Assembly (NCBI GenBank): GCA_049602435.1
Contig: JBMYRO010000004.1
Coordinates: 10,720-74,719 of the forward strand
DNA length: 64,000 nt
Origin: Hyphomicrobiales bacterium
Lineage (GTDB): Bacteria; Pseudomonadota; Alphaproteobacteria; Rhizobiales; TMED25
Reading direction: 5' to 3'
Shown: positions 1-10,174 of the stretch, piece after piece
How positions within the stretch are numbered: the first letter of the stretch is position 1
Layout: the number at the start of each line of letters is the position of its first letter
Program-made: the position numbers and the translations under genes
The notes under the pieces: model-generated
Databases searched by the model: none
The model's input: only the letters and a program-made list of their open reading frames with translations
Told to the model about the DNA's origin: nothing

Positions 1-1
1 A

Positions 2-61
2 TTGAGTGATATGGAACAAATTCCTGAACATACAAATCAACTTTCATTACTAGAGGAATAA
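2..61 (+). CDS. purF: 3' end of a gene running in from the left, probably amidophosphoribosyltransferase (partial)
   Basis: Frame 2 reads LSDMEQIPEHTNQLSLLEE*. This resembles alphaproteobacterial PurF C-termini (..QLSLL.E), and purF is commonly followed by an SDR gene. Only 19 codons are visible. Confidence 0.45.
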   Translation: MSDMEQIPEHTNQLSLLEE

Positions 62-67
62 AGTAAT

Positions 68-790
68 TTGTTTAATAATTTAGATGATAAAAATATCCTA
101 ATCACTGGTGCATCTAATGGTATAGGAAGACAGATTGCTCTATCCTATGGAAAAAAATGTAAAAATCTAATAGCTGTCGGTCGGTCTCAAAGTGCGTTGG
201 AAGATCTAGATTTACAATTAAAAGATACCAAGTGTAACCGAATTCTTGTACCTATGGACTTAACCAATTATCAATTAATCAGTGATTTACACCTAGAGCT
301 AAAGAAGAGATTAGAAAAATTAGATGTATTGATTTTAAATGCAGCAACAATTGGAGAATTGACTCCAATAACTCACATTGATGAAAATGAATGGAATAAT
401 GCATTTTCGCTCAACGTGACTTCAAATGTCTTAATTTTGAAAATTTTTGAAGATTTAATACAAAAATCGAACAATGCTCAAATTATGATTTTAACATCAG
501 ATTTGATTCATAAAAAAAAACCATACTGGGGTATATATTCTGCCTCAAAAGCAGCAATGGAAAAAATTGCCTACAGCTATTCAAGTGAAATTTGTAATAC
601 AAATATTAAAATAAATTTAGTAGACCCAGGGATTGTCAATACCAAACTTAGAATAAAAGCTTACCCGGGTGAAGATAAAAAGAGTTTAACCCAACCTGAA
701 GATCTTAATGAGTTTTTCCTAGATATAATATTTAACGAAAATTACAATAATGGTGACTTAATTAGTTTTGAAGATTGGAAAGGTAAATAA
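68..790 (+). CDS. Short-chain dehydrogenase/reductase (YciK-like)
   Basis: TGASNGIG Rossmann motif, YSASK catalytic motif, DPG..NT.LR..AYPGED tail typical of YciK-like SDRs. Confidence 0.85.
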   Translation: MFNNLDDKNILITGASNGIGRQIALSYGKKCKNLIAVGRSQSALEDLDLQLKDTKCNRILVPMDLTNYQLISDLHLELKKRLEKLDVLILNAATIGELTPITHIDENEWNNAFSLNVTSNVLILKIFEDLIQKSNNAQIMILTSDLIHKKKPYWGIYSASKAAMEKIAYSYSSEICNTNIKINLVDPGIVNTKLRIKAYPGEDKKSLTQPEDLNEFFLDIIFNENYNNGDLISFEDWKGK

Positions 791-802
791 TTTATATGAA
801 TG

Positions 803-2128
803 TTAAATATACGGGTTATTCCCTTTTCGAAAATAAAGACGTAGCGGTGATAATTTAAATCCAAAAGACTTTCTAAGTTCATTAGTCAGATATTTTTTAT
901 AAGAATCTGGAATTCCCTCAGGTGATGAAGTAAAAATTACGAACGTGGGGGGTCTTGCTGATGATTGAGTTATATATCTCAATTTAATTCTTCTACCTGC
1001 TTTTGCTGGTGGCTGATGGTTTTGAACAACATCATTCAACCAATCATTTAATTTTGATGTAGGCACTCTTTTCGTCCATTCATCATATAGATCAAATATC
1101 TTATTCATCAATATTTTGATACCAGTTTTATTCAAGGATGAAATTTTTAAAATATTATCACCACCTAATTGCACTATGTTGGTGGAGAAAGAATCTTTTA
1201 TTCGTTTTTCAAAATCCTTCTTATCCTTAACCAAATCTATCTTATTTAAAACAAATAGCAATGCGCGTCCTTCAGAAATTATATGATCTGCCAATCTCAA
1301 GTCTTGTTTATCTATAAACTCTGATGCATCTACTAACAAGACAACCATATCAGCAAATTTAATCGTTTTAAATGAGTCTAGGTACGCTAATTTCTCAGAT
1401 AATTCGTTGACTTTTGTTCTTCTACGCAATCCTGCCGTATCAATAATTTTTATCTTTTTTTCATTCCACTCCCAATGGATATCAATTGAGTCTCTAGTGA
1501 TGCCTGCAGTATCACCAGTAATCATCCTTTCTTTTCCAAGTAATGCATTAATCAGAGTTGATTTGCCTACATTTGGTTTCCCAACTATTGCAAGACTTAA
1601 TTCATCAGAGGAATTATCAGCCTTTGAGTCTTCTGAAAATGTTTTCTCTAGAATTATTTCAATTAATTCCTGAATCCCAACATTATGTTCTGCAGAAATA
1701 TTAATTGGTTGACCAAAACCTAATTCAAAAAACTCATACGAATTCTTTTTAGCAATTGAACTTTCACTCTTGTTTGCAATTGTAATTACATTGACCCCAG
1801 CTTTTCGTAAATAATGTGAAAACTCAATATCTTTATTTGTGATACCAGCTTTTCCATCTACTACAAATAAACATAAATCTGATGTATGAATTATCTTTAG
1901 CGAATTATCTTCAATTGTTTGTGATAAGTGATCCGTATTAGACTCATAAACTCCTGCTGTATCAATTAACACAAAGTCCTTTCCATGAAGTGAAATCCTC
2001 TCTTCTCTAAAATCCCTAGTTAACCCTGGAATATCAGAGACAAGCGCCTTCTTCTTACCTAAGAGTCTATTGAAAAGTGTTGACTTACCAACATTTGGTC
2101 TTCCTGCTAGTACTACTCTTGAAACCAT
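803..2128 (-). CDS. der: Ribosome biogenesis GTPase Der (EngA)
   Basis: Two tandem G-domains (GRPNVGKS..DTAG..NKSE; GKPNVGKS..DTAG..NKID) plus C-terminal KH-like domain. Confidence 0.97.
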   Translation of the reverse strand: MVSRVVLAGRPNVGKSTLFNRLLGKKKALVSDIPGLTRDFREERISLHGKDFVLIDTAGVYESNTDHLSQTIEDNSLKIIHTSDLCLFVVDGKAGITNKDIEFSHYLRKAGVNVITIANKSESSIAKKNSYEFFELGFGQPINISAEHNVGIQELIEIILEKTFSEDSKADNSSDELSLAIVGKPNVGKSTLINALLGKERMITGDTAGITRDSIDIHWEWNEKKIKIIDTAGLRRRTKVNELSEKLAYLDSFKTIKFADMVVLLVDASEFIDKQDLRLADHIISEGRALLFVLNKIDLVKDKKDFEKRIKDSFSTNIVQLGGDNILKISSLNKTGIKILMNKIFDLYDEWTKRVPTSKLNDWLNDVVQNHQPPAKAGRRIKLRYITQSSARPPTFVIFTSSPEGIPDSYKKYLTNELRKSFGFKLSPLRLYFRKGNNPYI

Positions 2129-2138
2129 AATTAATAAT

Positions 2139-3458
2139 CTATCTAAAAGATGTTAACTCACCATTATCAGATATAACATATAAATTATTATTTACAACAA
2201 TCGGAGGAATGGACATATCGCTAAATTTATTAGTTTCAATTTTTGATATCTCCCCATTCTCTGGACTTACCACCAGATGACCACCATTTAAACTAAAGAA
2301 ATGTATCTTATTGTTAATCATTAACATTGATATAAAGGCCTCATTTTTTTTAAATTCATATCCCTGCTTTAGATCCTTCATCCAGATAATCTCTCCCTTA
2401 TCTAGGGTAATTGCATATAATATATTATCATCTCCTAACAAGAAGATATAATCTCCAACTAACAACGGCGTTATAGAACTTGAAATGGCTAGCTCCCAAA
2501 TTCTAAAACCATTTTCAATATTGTTAGCTATTACCCTTCCATTGGAACCAACTGTTACTATAAAGTCATTATTGATAACAGGACTGGCAACTATATCTTT
2601 GATTTGTGAGAGTGAGTTCTTAATATTTTTTCTGTTAATTGTGTCAGCCCAGATTCGTTTACCACTCGATGCATCAAATACAAATATCTCTCCAGATCTA
2701 TATGGAACAATAATACTATTTTTGTACATTGCCATATTACTTGACTGAATAAATCCAGCGCTATCTGAAAACCAAGTATAATCCCACAATAGGTCACCAG
2801 ATTGAATATCAAATGATAGTATCTGATTGTCAACATTAAGAACATACAACGCTGAATTATTTGCGATGGGCGCTGATCTAACTGGCGAATTCAGATTTTC
2901 TTGCCATAATATTTCACCATTGTATGGATCAAGTGCATACACTTCTCCAAATCCATTAGTATAAAAAATCATACCAGAATTCGCAAATAAGCCACCGCCG
3001 AATCCAACTTTAGGCTCTTCCTGCTCTGGATAAAGCCCTTTTGACCAAATAATTGTTCCATTAGACGCATTTATTGCTGATAACCTATTCTCACTATCGA
3101 CAACAAAGATTATATTATCGATAAGTATTGGCGCAATGGTAAGAAAATTATCCTTACTTGTCCCAACACCAATGTCTGTTGACCAGTTTTTTATAAAGTT
3201 TTCTGAATATGCTAAATTGCCAAGATTGTTCGAGGTATTCTTGATGGGAGCAACCCAGTTTGGATTATTTTTTGGGTTTGGAATATTTAAAATAAATTGC
3301 TGTTCCGATGTTTTTGGAAGCTCAGAAGAGAGTAATATACTCTCCCTTTGCCCGGGTAAAATATCTTCTTTGCCTCTAATGAAGCTTTCACAAGCTGTTA
3401 AAGTAAAAAATAATAATAAAATGAATAATTTATAAATATTTTTATTTATGAAGAACAC
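2139..3458 (-). CDS. bamB: Outer-membrane assembly lipoprotein BamB (PQQ-like beta-propeller)
   Basis: Lipobox LTAC, repeated A.D..tG..lW propeller motifs, position between yfgM and der. Confidence 0.85.
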   Translation of the reverse strand: MFFINKNIYKLFILLLFFTLTACESFIRGKEDILPGQRESILLSSELPKTSEQQFILNIPNPKNNPNWVAPIKNTSNNLGNLAYSENFIKNWSTDIGVGTSKDNFLTIAPILIDNIIFVVDSENRLSAINASNGTIIWSKGLYPEQEEPKVGFGGGLFANSGMIFYTNGFGEVYALDPYNGEILWQENLNSPVRSAPIANNSALYVLNVDNQILSFDIQSGDLLWDYTWFSDSAGFIQSSNMAMYKNSIIVPYRSGEIFVFDASSGKRIWADTINRKNIKNSLSQIKDIVASPVINNDFIVTVGSNGRVIANNIENGFRIWELAISSSITPLLVGDYIFLLGDDNILYAITLDKGEIIWMKDLKQGYEFKKNEAFISMLMINNKIHFFSLNGGHLVVSPENGEISKIETNKFSDMSIPPIVVNNNLYVISDNGELTSFR

Positions 3459-3465
3459 AGCTTTA

Positions 3466-4110
3466 TCATATTTTAGAGCTTAAAACTTTCAACATCATCT
3501 GAGCTCTATCAAACATTCCATTAGTTGTTTTCTCATTAGATAAGATAATTTCCAGCGATTCAATGCCTTGATCAAATACTTCGTTTTTGTATGCGCTTAT
3601 TGCAAGTATTTCATGAGCAAAAAGTCCAAGTGTTTTGTCACCTAATAAATCTTCTAGTTCCGCTTTCATTTCTTCAAATGAATAACTGTCTACTCTAATG
3701 TATGATAATTTTAGTTTGGCTAGATCTTTGAGTAATGTGTTATTGGTTGTATTTATAATTTCATTATATATTTTTTCTGCCTCAACTAAATTACCTTCCG
3801 ACACTAATAAATCGGATTTAAGCACTAATGCATATGATTTATAATTGTTAGTTCCTTCATTAGATAGCCTAGCTAAATTAGTTTCTGCTGATTGAAAATC
3901 ATTCTGGATGATATTATCGATAACTTCAGAAAATATTAATCCTGAATTTTTTTCTTTGGATGTAGACCAATATTGGTAAAACTCAGAAGAAGCCAAGCCC
4001 AATGAGAGAACTATCACAAAAGTAAATACTGCTGCCCTATATTTGCTCCAAAGTGCTTTTAATTTGTCTTGTCGAAGATCTTCATCAATTTCATTAAACA
4101 GATTTGACAT
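3466..4110 (-). CDS. YfgM-like TPR membrane-anchored protein
   Basis: LFNEIDEDLRQDK..LW N-terminus, single TM, helical repeats; yfgM-bamB-der synteny. Confidence 0.85.
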   Translation of the reverse strand: MSNLFNEIDEDLRQDKLKALWSKYRAAVFTFVIVLSLGLASSEFYQYWSTSKEKNSGLIFSEVIDNIIQNDFQSAETNLARLSNEGTNNYKSYALVLKSDLLVSEGNLVEAEKIYNEIINTTNNTLLKDLAKLKLSYIRVDSYSFEEMKAELEDLLGDKTLGLFAHEILAISAYKNEVFDQGIESLEIILSNEKTTNGMFDRAQMMLKVLSSKI

Positions 4111-4176
4111 TTTAATTTCCTAATATCATTACATCTATTTATAACCATATTTATTTTTGTTTCCAATCAAAAACAT

Positions 4177-4848
4177 TCAGTAACTTGGAAAATATTGCAC
4201 CTCTTCTCTCGAAAATGTCCATTCATTATACTTTCTCATTGTTACTACAAAGGCACTAGACTCGATAAATCTTGATAATGATAATTTAATTTTTTTGTAG
4301 TCAAATTCACTCTCATACCAATTGACATCCGCCAACATAAATTGCCTTACAAATGGAAGAATTGATAACTCATAAATAGATATTTTATCCCCATGGATAT
4401 AGGCCGACTCATTCATTTTACTTTCTAGTTTACTAAGAATTTTGACAGCCGCATTCCTATGTTCATCTTTTTTTTGGGGGTCAAATCTGCTTGAATATTT
4501 ATACCGGTCCAGATGAAATTTAAAATCGTTATCAAAGAAATCTATTAACTCGTCAGCAGCTTCATCATTATATGGGCTCATAATATCCAATGGGTCATTT
4601 TTTAAGAGATACCACTTCATAATATCCAGACTTTCTTCAATGATTGTTCCATCTTCCTTGAGAAGGACGGGAACAGTAGCCTTTGATGATATTTTAAGAA
4701 ATTCTTCTGGTTTGTTTTTAAGTGTGATTTCCCTAATTTGACATCTATGATTAGAGAAATAAATTGATAACCTTGCTCTTATTGCAAAAGGGCATCTCCT
4801 GAAAGAATAAAGTATATGATTATTATCCGTCTCTTTGTTCAATAACAT
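4177..4848 (-). CDS. Glutathione S-transferase family protein
   Basis: LYSFRRCPFAIRAR, TVPVL, ESLDIM motifs; FK.HLDRYKY. Confidence 0.9.
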   Translation of the reverse strand: MLLNKETDNNHILYSFRRCPFAIRARLSIYFSNHRCQIREITLKNKPEEFLKISSKATVPVLLKEDGTIIEESLDIMKWYLLKNDPLDIMSPYNDEAADELIDFFDNDFKFHLDRYKYSSRFDPQKKDEHRNAAVKILSKLESKMNESAYIHGDKISIYELSILPFVRQFMLADVNWYESEFDYKKIKLSLSRFIESSAFVVTMRKYNEWTFSREEVQYFPSY

Positions 4849-5743
4849 TCCTCTTTTTTTGGAGCTCTAATTGCAATTTTCTCTCTTTAAACCTTTTAAT
4901 GCTTTTTTCATTTTGTTTATCATAACAATATGGACAGGACATATCTTTTTTATAAAATTCACTTTTTCGATCAGTTTCTGATAATGGCATTCTACAAGCA
5001 TGACACATTTCATGATTGCCTTTATTCAATTTATGTTCAAGTGAAACTCTATAATCAAAAACAAAGCACTCACCATTCCACTTACTGTCATCTTCTTGTC
5101 TTTCTTCAAGATATTTGAGTATCCCTCCATCAAGTTGGTATACATTTTTATAACCTTTACTTAAAAGGTATGATGACGCTTTTTCACATCGTATACCTCC
5201 AGTGCAATACATAGCGATTTTCTTATCTTTATTATCCTCTATAAAATTATCCGCCCAATCTGGAAACTCTCTAAATGATGCTGTGTTTGGGTAAGTCGCC
5301 CCTTGAAAAGCACCTATAGAATGTTCATAAGTATTTCTGGTATCAATGATTAAAACATCGTCTTCTTCCAGTAAATTATCCCATTCATTTGGGTTTAGTA
5401 ACTTGCCAGTGAGTTTATCTGGTGCCAAATCATCTTTGCCCATAGATACAATTTCTTTCTTAAGTCTCACTTTCATTTTTCTAAAGGTTTTACCATAAGC
5501 AAGTGAGTATTTTACTTTTAGATCTTTGAATTGATTTATGGTTCTTATATATTTTAACACATTTGCAATACCATTTTGAGTACCGGATATTGAACCATTA
5601 ATACCCTCTGATGCAATCAAAATAGTTCCAACAAGTTTATTTTCCTGACAAACATCAAGTAAATCGCTTCTGAAGTCAGCGAATTCATTCCATCTAGCGA
5701 ATTTGTAAAAGGATGCGACAATATTTTTATTATAATTATTCAT
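4823..5743 (-). CDS. trhO: Rhodanese-domain tRNA uridine(34) hydroxylase (YceA/TrhO family)
   Basis: EGING, KVRLKKEIV, DTRN.YE, YCTGGIRCEK, GGILKY, G.CFVFD.R motifs. Confidence 0.92.
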   Translation of the reverse strand: MNNYNKNIVASFYKFARWNEFADFRSDLLDVCQENKLVGTILIASEGINGSISGTQNGIANVLKYIRTINQFKDLKVKYSLAYGKTFRKMKVRLKKEIVSMGKDDLAPDKLTGKLLNPNEWDNLLEEDDVLIIDTRNTYEHSIGAFQGATYPNTASFREFPDWADNFIEDNKDKKIAMYCTGGIRCEKASSYLLSKGYKNVYQLDGGILKYLEERQEDDSKWNGECFVFDYRVSLEHKLNKGNHEMCHACRMPLSETDRKSEFYKKDMSCPYCYDKQNEKSIKRFKERKLQLELQKKRNVIEQRDG

Positions 5744-5752
5744 ACATTAGCC

Positions 5753-6907
5753 TTATCTGAATCTTAAATTTTTTCGACTTAATTCTGATATAGAACTACA
5801 TCCCATAAGCTTCATATCTCTAACTATCTCATCATGCATTAAATTTAAAGCTTTTTTTACACCATTTGATCCTGCCCCTGCGAGAGAATAGAGATAAAAC
5901 CTGCCTCCAGAACATGCATCTGCACCAAGTGATAATGCTTTCAAAACATGTGTGCCCCTTCTTATTCCACCATCACAAATAATTTCAATCTTCCCAGATA
6001 CGGCATCAACAATTTCAGCCAGTTGGTCAAATGGCGAGCGTGAACCATCTAGTTGTCTTCCACCATGGTTCGAAATCATAATAGCGGTAGCGCCAACATC
6101 TATAGCTTTTTTAGCATCCTCAACAGACATGATTCCTTTTAAACATAGTGGTTTAGACCAGTGTTTCTTTATTTCTTCAATTTTTTTCCAGTTTAATTCC
6201 TGATCTAACATTTTTGTGAAGTAGTCTCCTATTGACATGGCAATTTTTGTGCCTTCATTTAAATGAGAATCCAATTGAGGAAGAGAAAATTTTTCTCTTC
6301 CTAAATAATTCATAGTCCATTTTGGAGACATTGCGAAGCTCATTAGACTGGATATTGTGAGTTTTGGCGGTGATGTAAAGCCGGTTCTTAAATCTCTCTC
6401 CCTATTTCCACCCACGATTGTATCAACCGTAATAGCGAGAGCGTCAAAATCATGCTCAATACATTTTTGTAACATATCTTCATTTAGTGCTTTATCTTTA
6501 TGTACGTATAGCTGGAACATTTTAGGACATGTGAATTTTTTACCCACCTCCTCAATACTTACAGTTGCTAATGATGAAATACCAAAATAAGTATTGAAAT
6601 CTTGAGCAGCTTCCCCAACTGCTCTTTCACCATCATGATGAAATAATCTTTGCAGTGCTGTTGGAGATAGAAATATAGGTATATCAATTTTTTTACCTAA
6701 AATCTCAACTGATGTATCGATATTACTTACTGAATTAAGTACGCTTGGTACCAAATCACATCTGTCGAATGCTTGAGTATTTTGAACATATGTTTTTTCA
6801 TCGTCTGCAGCACCGTCAATGTAATGAAAAATAGGTGAAGGAAGATTTTGTTTAGCTAACAATCTAAAATCATTTGTATTATGACAATTTTTCAATTTTT
6901 TGAACAT
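5753..6907 (-). CDS. lldD: FMN-dependent alpha-hydroxy acid dehydrogenase (L-lactate dehydrogenase-like)
   Basis: YIDGAADDE, FQLY, GNRERD, LKGI, canonical SNHGGRQLD, DGGIRRG motifs. Confidence 0.85.
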   Translation of the reverse strand: MFKKLKNCHNTNDFRLLAKQNLPSPIFHYIDGAADDEKTYVQNTQAFDRCDLVPSVLNSVSNIDTSVEILGKKIDIPIFLSPTALQRLFHHDGERAVGEAAQDFNTYFGISSLATVSIEEVGKKFTCPKMFQLYVHKDKALNEDMLQKCIEHDFDALAITVDTIVGGNRERDLRTGFTSPPKLTISSLMSFAMSPKWTMNYLGREKFSLPQLDSHLNEGTKIAMSIGDYFTKMLDQELNWKKIEEIKKHWSKPLCLKGIMSVEDAKKAIDVGATAIMISNHGGRQLDGSRSPFDQLAEIVDAVSGKIEIICDGGIRRGTHVLKALSLGADACSGGRFYLYSLAGAGSNGVKKALNLMHDEIVRDMKLMGCSSISELSRKNLRFR

Positions 6908-6968
6908 ATCGATCCATCTATATATTTTAATGAAAGTATATCAAAATCAATGAATTTAAAACAAAAAC

Positions 6969-7580
6969 TCACATAAAACTTGTAGCTTTTATCATCGCGA
7001 ATGAAATGATAAATAGAATCCCTCCTGTTATCAAATCAACAACTTTCAACACAAGAACATTATTAGAGAATGATGAAAACATTTTTGAGAATATTGCAAC
7101 GCCATAGAAAAATATTATACTCGCAAATGTTGCTCCAATTATATAGTAAATTTTATCATGGGCAGTATATTGTAATGATGCGCTCCCAATAAGAATAACT
7201 GTATCCAAGTAAACATGTGGATTTAGTAATGTGAATGCAGCCATTGCTAATAAGCTTTTCTTCAAATTCTTCTCAAGAAAATCTTCCTTACTAGTCCCAT
7301 GAGATACTGAAATTACTTTCTTGACCCGAATAAATCCGTAAAAAATCAAACATAAAGCAGATAATACTAAAAAGAGATCTATATAGAATTGATTCACTAT
7401 CAGAGACATCCCGTATACACCACCAAGTATTAGTACAAAGTCAGAAACTGTACAGAATGTTGCTAGTGTATAAACATATTCATTCCTAATCCCTTGTCTA
7501 AACAAATATGTGTTTTGAGCGCCAATAACACAGTTAAGTGAAAAGCAGAGCATAAAACCTGTAAAGAAAGCACTCAGCAT
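6969..7580 (-). CDS. LysE/ArgO family amino-acid exporter
   Basis: IGAQN..RQG and TLLNPHVYLDTV motifs; about six hydrophobic segments. Confidence 0.9.
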   Translation of the reverse strand: MLSAFFTGFMLCFSLNCVIGAQNTYLFRQGIRNEYVYTLATFCTVSDFVLILGGVYGMSLIVNQFYIDLFLVLSALCLIFYGFIRVKKVISVSHGTSKEDFLEKNLKKSLLAMAAFTLLNPHVYLDTVILIGSASLQYTAHDKIYYIIGATFASIIFFYGVAIFSKMFSSFSNNVLVLKVVDLITGGILFIISFAMIKATSFM

Positions 7581-7583
7581 GAA

Positions 7584-8213
7584 TTATAGCCACTTAATTT
7601 TTTTTAATTTAAAAAATTTGAGCGTTAATAATAACAGAATAATAATCAATGTCTTAACTGCATCAAATTGGATGGTCTTTGCCATTAACAAATAATGTAA
7701 ACCTCCAATAATTACAGCCGGATAAACTAAAAAATGCACTCTTTTCCAATAATTACTTAGTTTTCTTATTGAATAATTATTTGAAGTTATTGCCAATGGA
7801 ATCAATAATACCAAACTAACCATTCCGAGAACTATAAAAGGTTTTTTTGTTAAAGAAATAATAATTTCATCCCATCTTAGCTGCATATCCAGCAGGAGCC
7901 ACGTTAAGAAATGAAGAGAAATATAGAAAAAACTCATAAGCCCAAATGCACGTTTATATCTCATCAGGTTAAAGGAGGTTAGTTTGGATATTGGTGTTAA
8001 TGCGAGGGTAAAGATTATAAGATTGAGGCCAGTATTACCAAGTTCTCTTTCAATTTTCCTCATGGGATCCACTCCTAATCCTCCTGACATTAAGTCAATT
8101 ATTAATGCGATTAGCGGTAGTAAGAGAATTAAATATAAATAGCTCGGTTTTATTTTTCTTAATAGGAGATTGATAGGTTTAGTAATATCAATATTTTTAT
8201 TTATATTGGCCAT
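7584..8213 (-). CDS. msrQ: Protein-methionine-sulfoxide reductase heme subunit MsrQ
   Basis: L.LTP, YKRAFGL..F.Y..LH, PLAITSN, WKR.H..VY motifs; follows msrP. Start moved to ATG 8213 (ORF track extends to 8273). Confidence 0.9.
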   Translation of the reverse strand: MANINKNIDITKPINLLLRKIKPSYLYLILLLPLIALIIDLMSGGLGVDPMRKIERELGNTGLNLIIFTLALTPISKLTSFNLMRYKRAFGLMSFFYISLHFLTWLLLDMQLRWDEIIISLTKKPFIVLGMVSLVLLIPLAITSNNYSIRKLSNYWKRVHFLVYPAVIIGGLHYLLMAKTIQFDAVKTLIIILLLLTLKFFKLKKIKWL

Positions 8214-8241
8214 TTCAATTTTTTTTATTGGAGTGATTTTT

Positions 8242-9171
8242 TTAATAATATTTAGATAAATCCATACCTTCATAAAGATATGCTACTTCATCATAACCAT
8301 TAAAAAGTTTAGTGTCATAACGTCTTGTAAATAAATTACCAAGATACCCCTCACCTTCACCACCAATGTATCTTTCACTTGCTTGTGACCATCTTGGATG
8401 ATGTACATTTGGATTAACATTCGAGTAAAAACCATACTCACGAGGGTTTTGCATACTCCATGAAGATATAGGCTGATCTTCCGTAAGACTAATCTTTACA
8501 ATGGATTTGATAGATTTGAAACCATATTTCCATGGGACTACAAGACGAAATGGTGCACCGTTTTGCTTAGGTAGAGGTTGATTGTATAATCCAGTTGCTA
8601 GTATTGTTAATGGATGCATTGCTTCGTCAAGTCTTAAACCCTCTCTGTATGGCCAATACATAACTTGAGTCTTTTGCATATGCATTTCTTCTGGCCTTAA
8701 TAATGTATCAAATGCCACATATTTTGCCTCTTTCTTAATCCCTACCTTTTGCAATAGATGATTAAGTTGTATCCCATTCCAAGGAATTAACATTGACCAA
8801 CCTTCTACACATCTTAATCTGTATGTCCTATCAACTGTATCAATGCCAGTTAATAAATCATTCAAAGCATACTTGCCCGGATTTTCGACAAGACCAGCAA
8901 TTTCAACCTGCCATGGTGAAGTTGTTAATTTATGTGCATATTTTGCAGGATCTGTTTTATCTATTCCAAATTCATAAAAATTATTGTAGTTAGTGATTTC
9001 TTCAAAGGTATTGATTTTTCTTTCAAGGGTTTCATCTGCCTGTGCAGGAGTTATTTTATTCAACGCAACAAGTGATGATAATGCCATACCTAACTGAAGA
9101 ATTTTTCTTCTATTCACAAAAATGTGCTTTGGTGTATAGGCTACTTTTATTTTATCGTTTTTTATATCCAT
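8242..9171 (-). CDS. msrP: Protein-methionine-sulfoxide reductase catalytic subunit MsrP
   Basis: Twin-Arg signal NRRKIL, YNNFYEFG, RLRCVEGWS, QNGAP.RLVVPWKYGFKSIK, EYGFYSNVNP motifs. Confidence 0.96.
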   Translation of the reverse strand: MDIKNDKIKVAYTPKHIFVNRRKILQLGMALSSLVALNKITPAQADETLERKINTFEEITNYNNFYEFGIDKTDPAKYAHKLTTSPWQVEIAGLVENPGKYALNDLLTGIDTVDRTYRLRCVEGWSMLIPWNGIQLNHLLQKVGIKKEAKYVAFDTLLRPEEMHMQKTQVMYWPYREGLRLDEAMHPLTILATGLYNQPLPKQNGAPFRLVVPWKYGFKSIKSIVKISLTEDQPISSWSMQNPREYGFYSNVNPNVHHPRWSQASERYIGGEGEGYLGNLFTRRYDTKLFNGYDEVAYLYEGMDLSKYY

Positions 9172-9276
9172 ACAATTAATATAGTCATTATTTCAGATAA
9201 AATTCAATATTCTAAACTAGATTATTGTGATAATTTATTACTGCATAAATTAATTATACAAAATAGGGATTTAAAA

Positions 9277-10173
9277 ATGATTAAAGGTCTAATTTCTCCA
9301 ATTCTCAGTCCATTTGATGACAATCTTAACTTTAATCAAGAGATGTATAACGAGCTCGCAAAAGATCTTCTCTCAACTGGATGCTCTGGGTTAGCACCAT
9401 TCGGTACAACTGGTGAAGCTTTATCGGTTAGTAATGATGAAAGGATGCAAGCTCTTAAAAATTTAATCAATTCAGGGGTTTCGCCTGATAAACTCATCCC
9501 AGGTACTGGTCTGTGCAATTTCCCAGATACAGTAAAAATTTCCCGTCATGCAATAGAATTGGGTTGCAGAGGTGTTATGACTTTACCGGCATTCTACTTC
9601 AAAGATGTCACTGATGAAGGTCTTTTCCAATATTATGAAAGATTAATAGATGAGATTAACCATCCAAATCTAAAAATATATCTATATCACATACCTCAAG
9701 TATCTGGCGTTGGATTGTCTATTCCACTTGTAAAAAAATTAAGATCCACATACCCAGATGTTATTGTTGGTATCAAAGATAGTTCTGGTGTTTGGGAAAA
9801 CACAGAACAATTACTATCAATTGATGGTCTTATTGTATACCCAGGAGCAGAACTACCAGTAATTGATGCTATAAAATTAGGTGGGCCAGGTTGTATATCT
9901 GCTACCGCTAATTTCAATCCAACTAACATTGCTAAAGTAATTGAGTTATCCCATGATGGAAAGTGGGATCAAGCGGAAGAAGTTCACAAAGATGTGAAAG
10001 AAGTTAGATATCTCTTTCAAGATTATTCTGCGATTCCAGCCCAAAAAGCAATGCTTGCAATTAAATACAAAGATAAGAGATGGAAAAATATTAGACCACC
10101 TTTAGTTCAAATTTCAGAGCAGAGATCATCCGAGCTAGCAGACAAATTAAGAAATCACGGATTTAATTTCTAA
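9277..10173 (+). CDS. Dihydrodipicolinate synthase/N-acetylneuraminate lyase family aldolase
   Basis: GTTGE, LYHIPQ and Schiff-base KDSSG motifs. Start set at ATG 9277 after AGGGA, not 9124. Confidence 0.85.
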   Translation: MIKGLISPILSPFDDNLNFNQEMYNELAKDLLSTGCSGLAPFGTTGEALSVSNDERMQALKNLINSGVSPDKLIPGTGLCNFPDTVKISRHAIELGCRGVMTLPAFYFKDVTDEGLFQYYERLIDEINHPNLKIYLYHIPQVSGVGLSIPLVKKLRSTYPDVIVGIKDSSGVWENTEQLLSIDGLIVYPGAELPVIDAIKLGGPGCISATANFNPTNIAKVIELSHDGKWDQAEEVHKDVKEVRYLFQDYSAIPAQKAMLAIKYKDKRWKNIRPPLVQISEQRSSELADKLRNHGFNF

Positions 10174-10174
10174 C

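Noticed and set aside
9124-9276. N-terminal extension of the DHDPS-family ORF
   Set aside because: Overlaps msrP and the divergent promoter; the family-like sequence begins at ATG 9277
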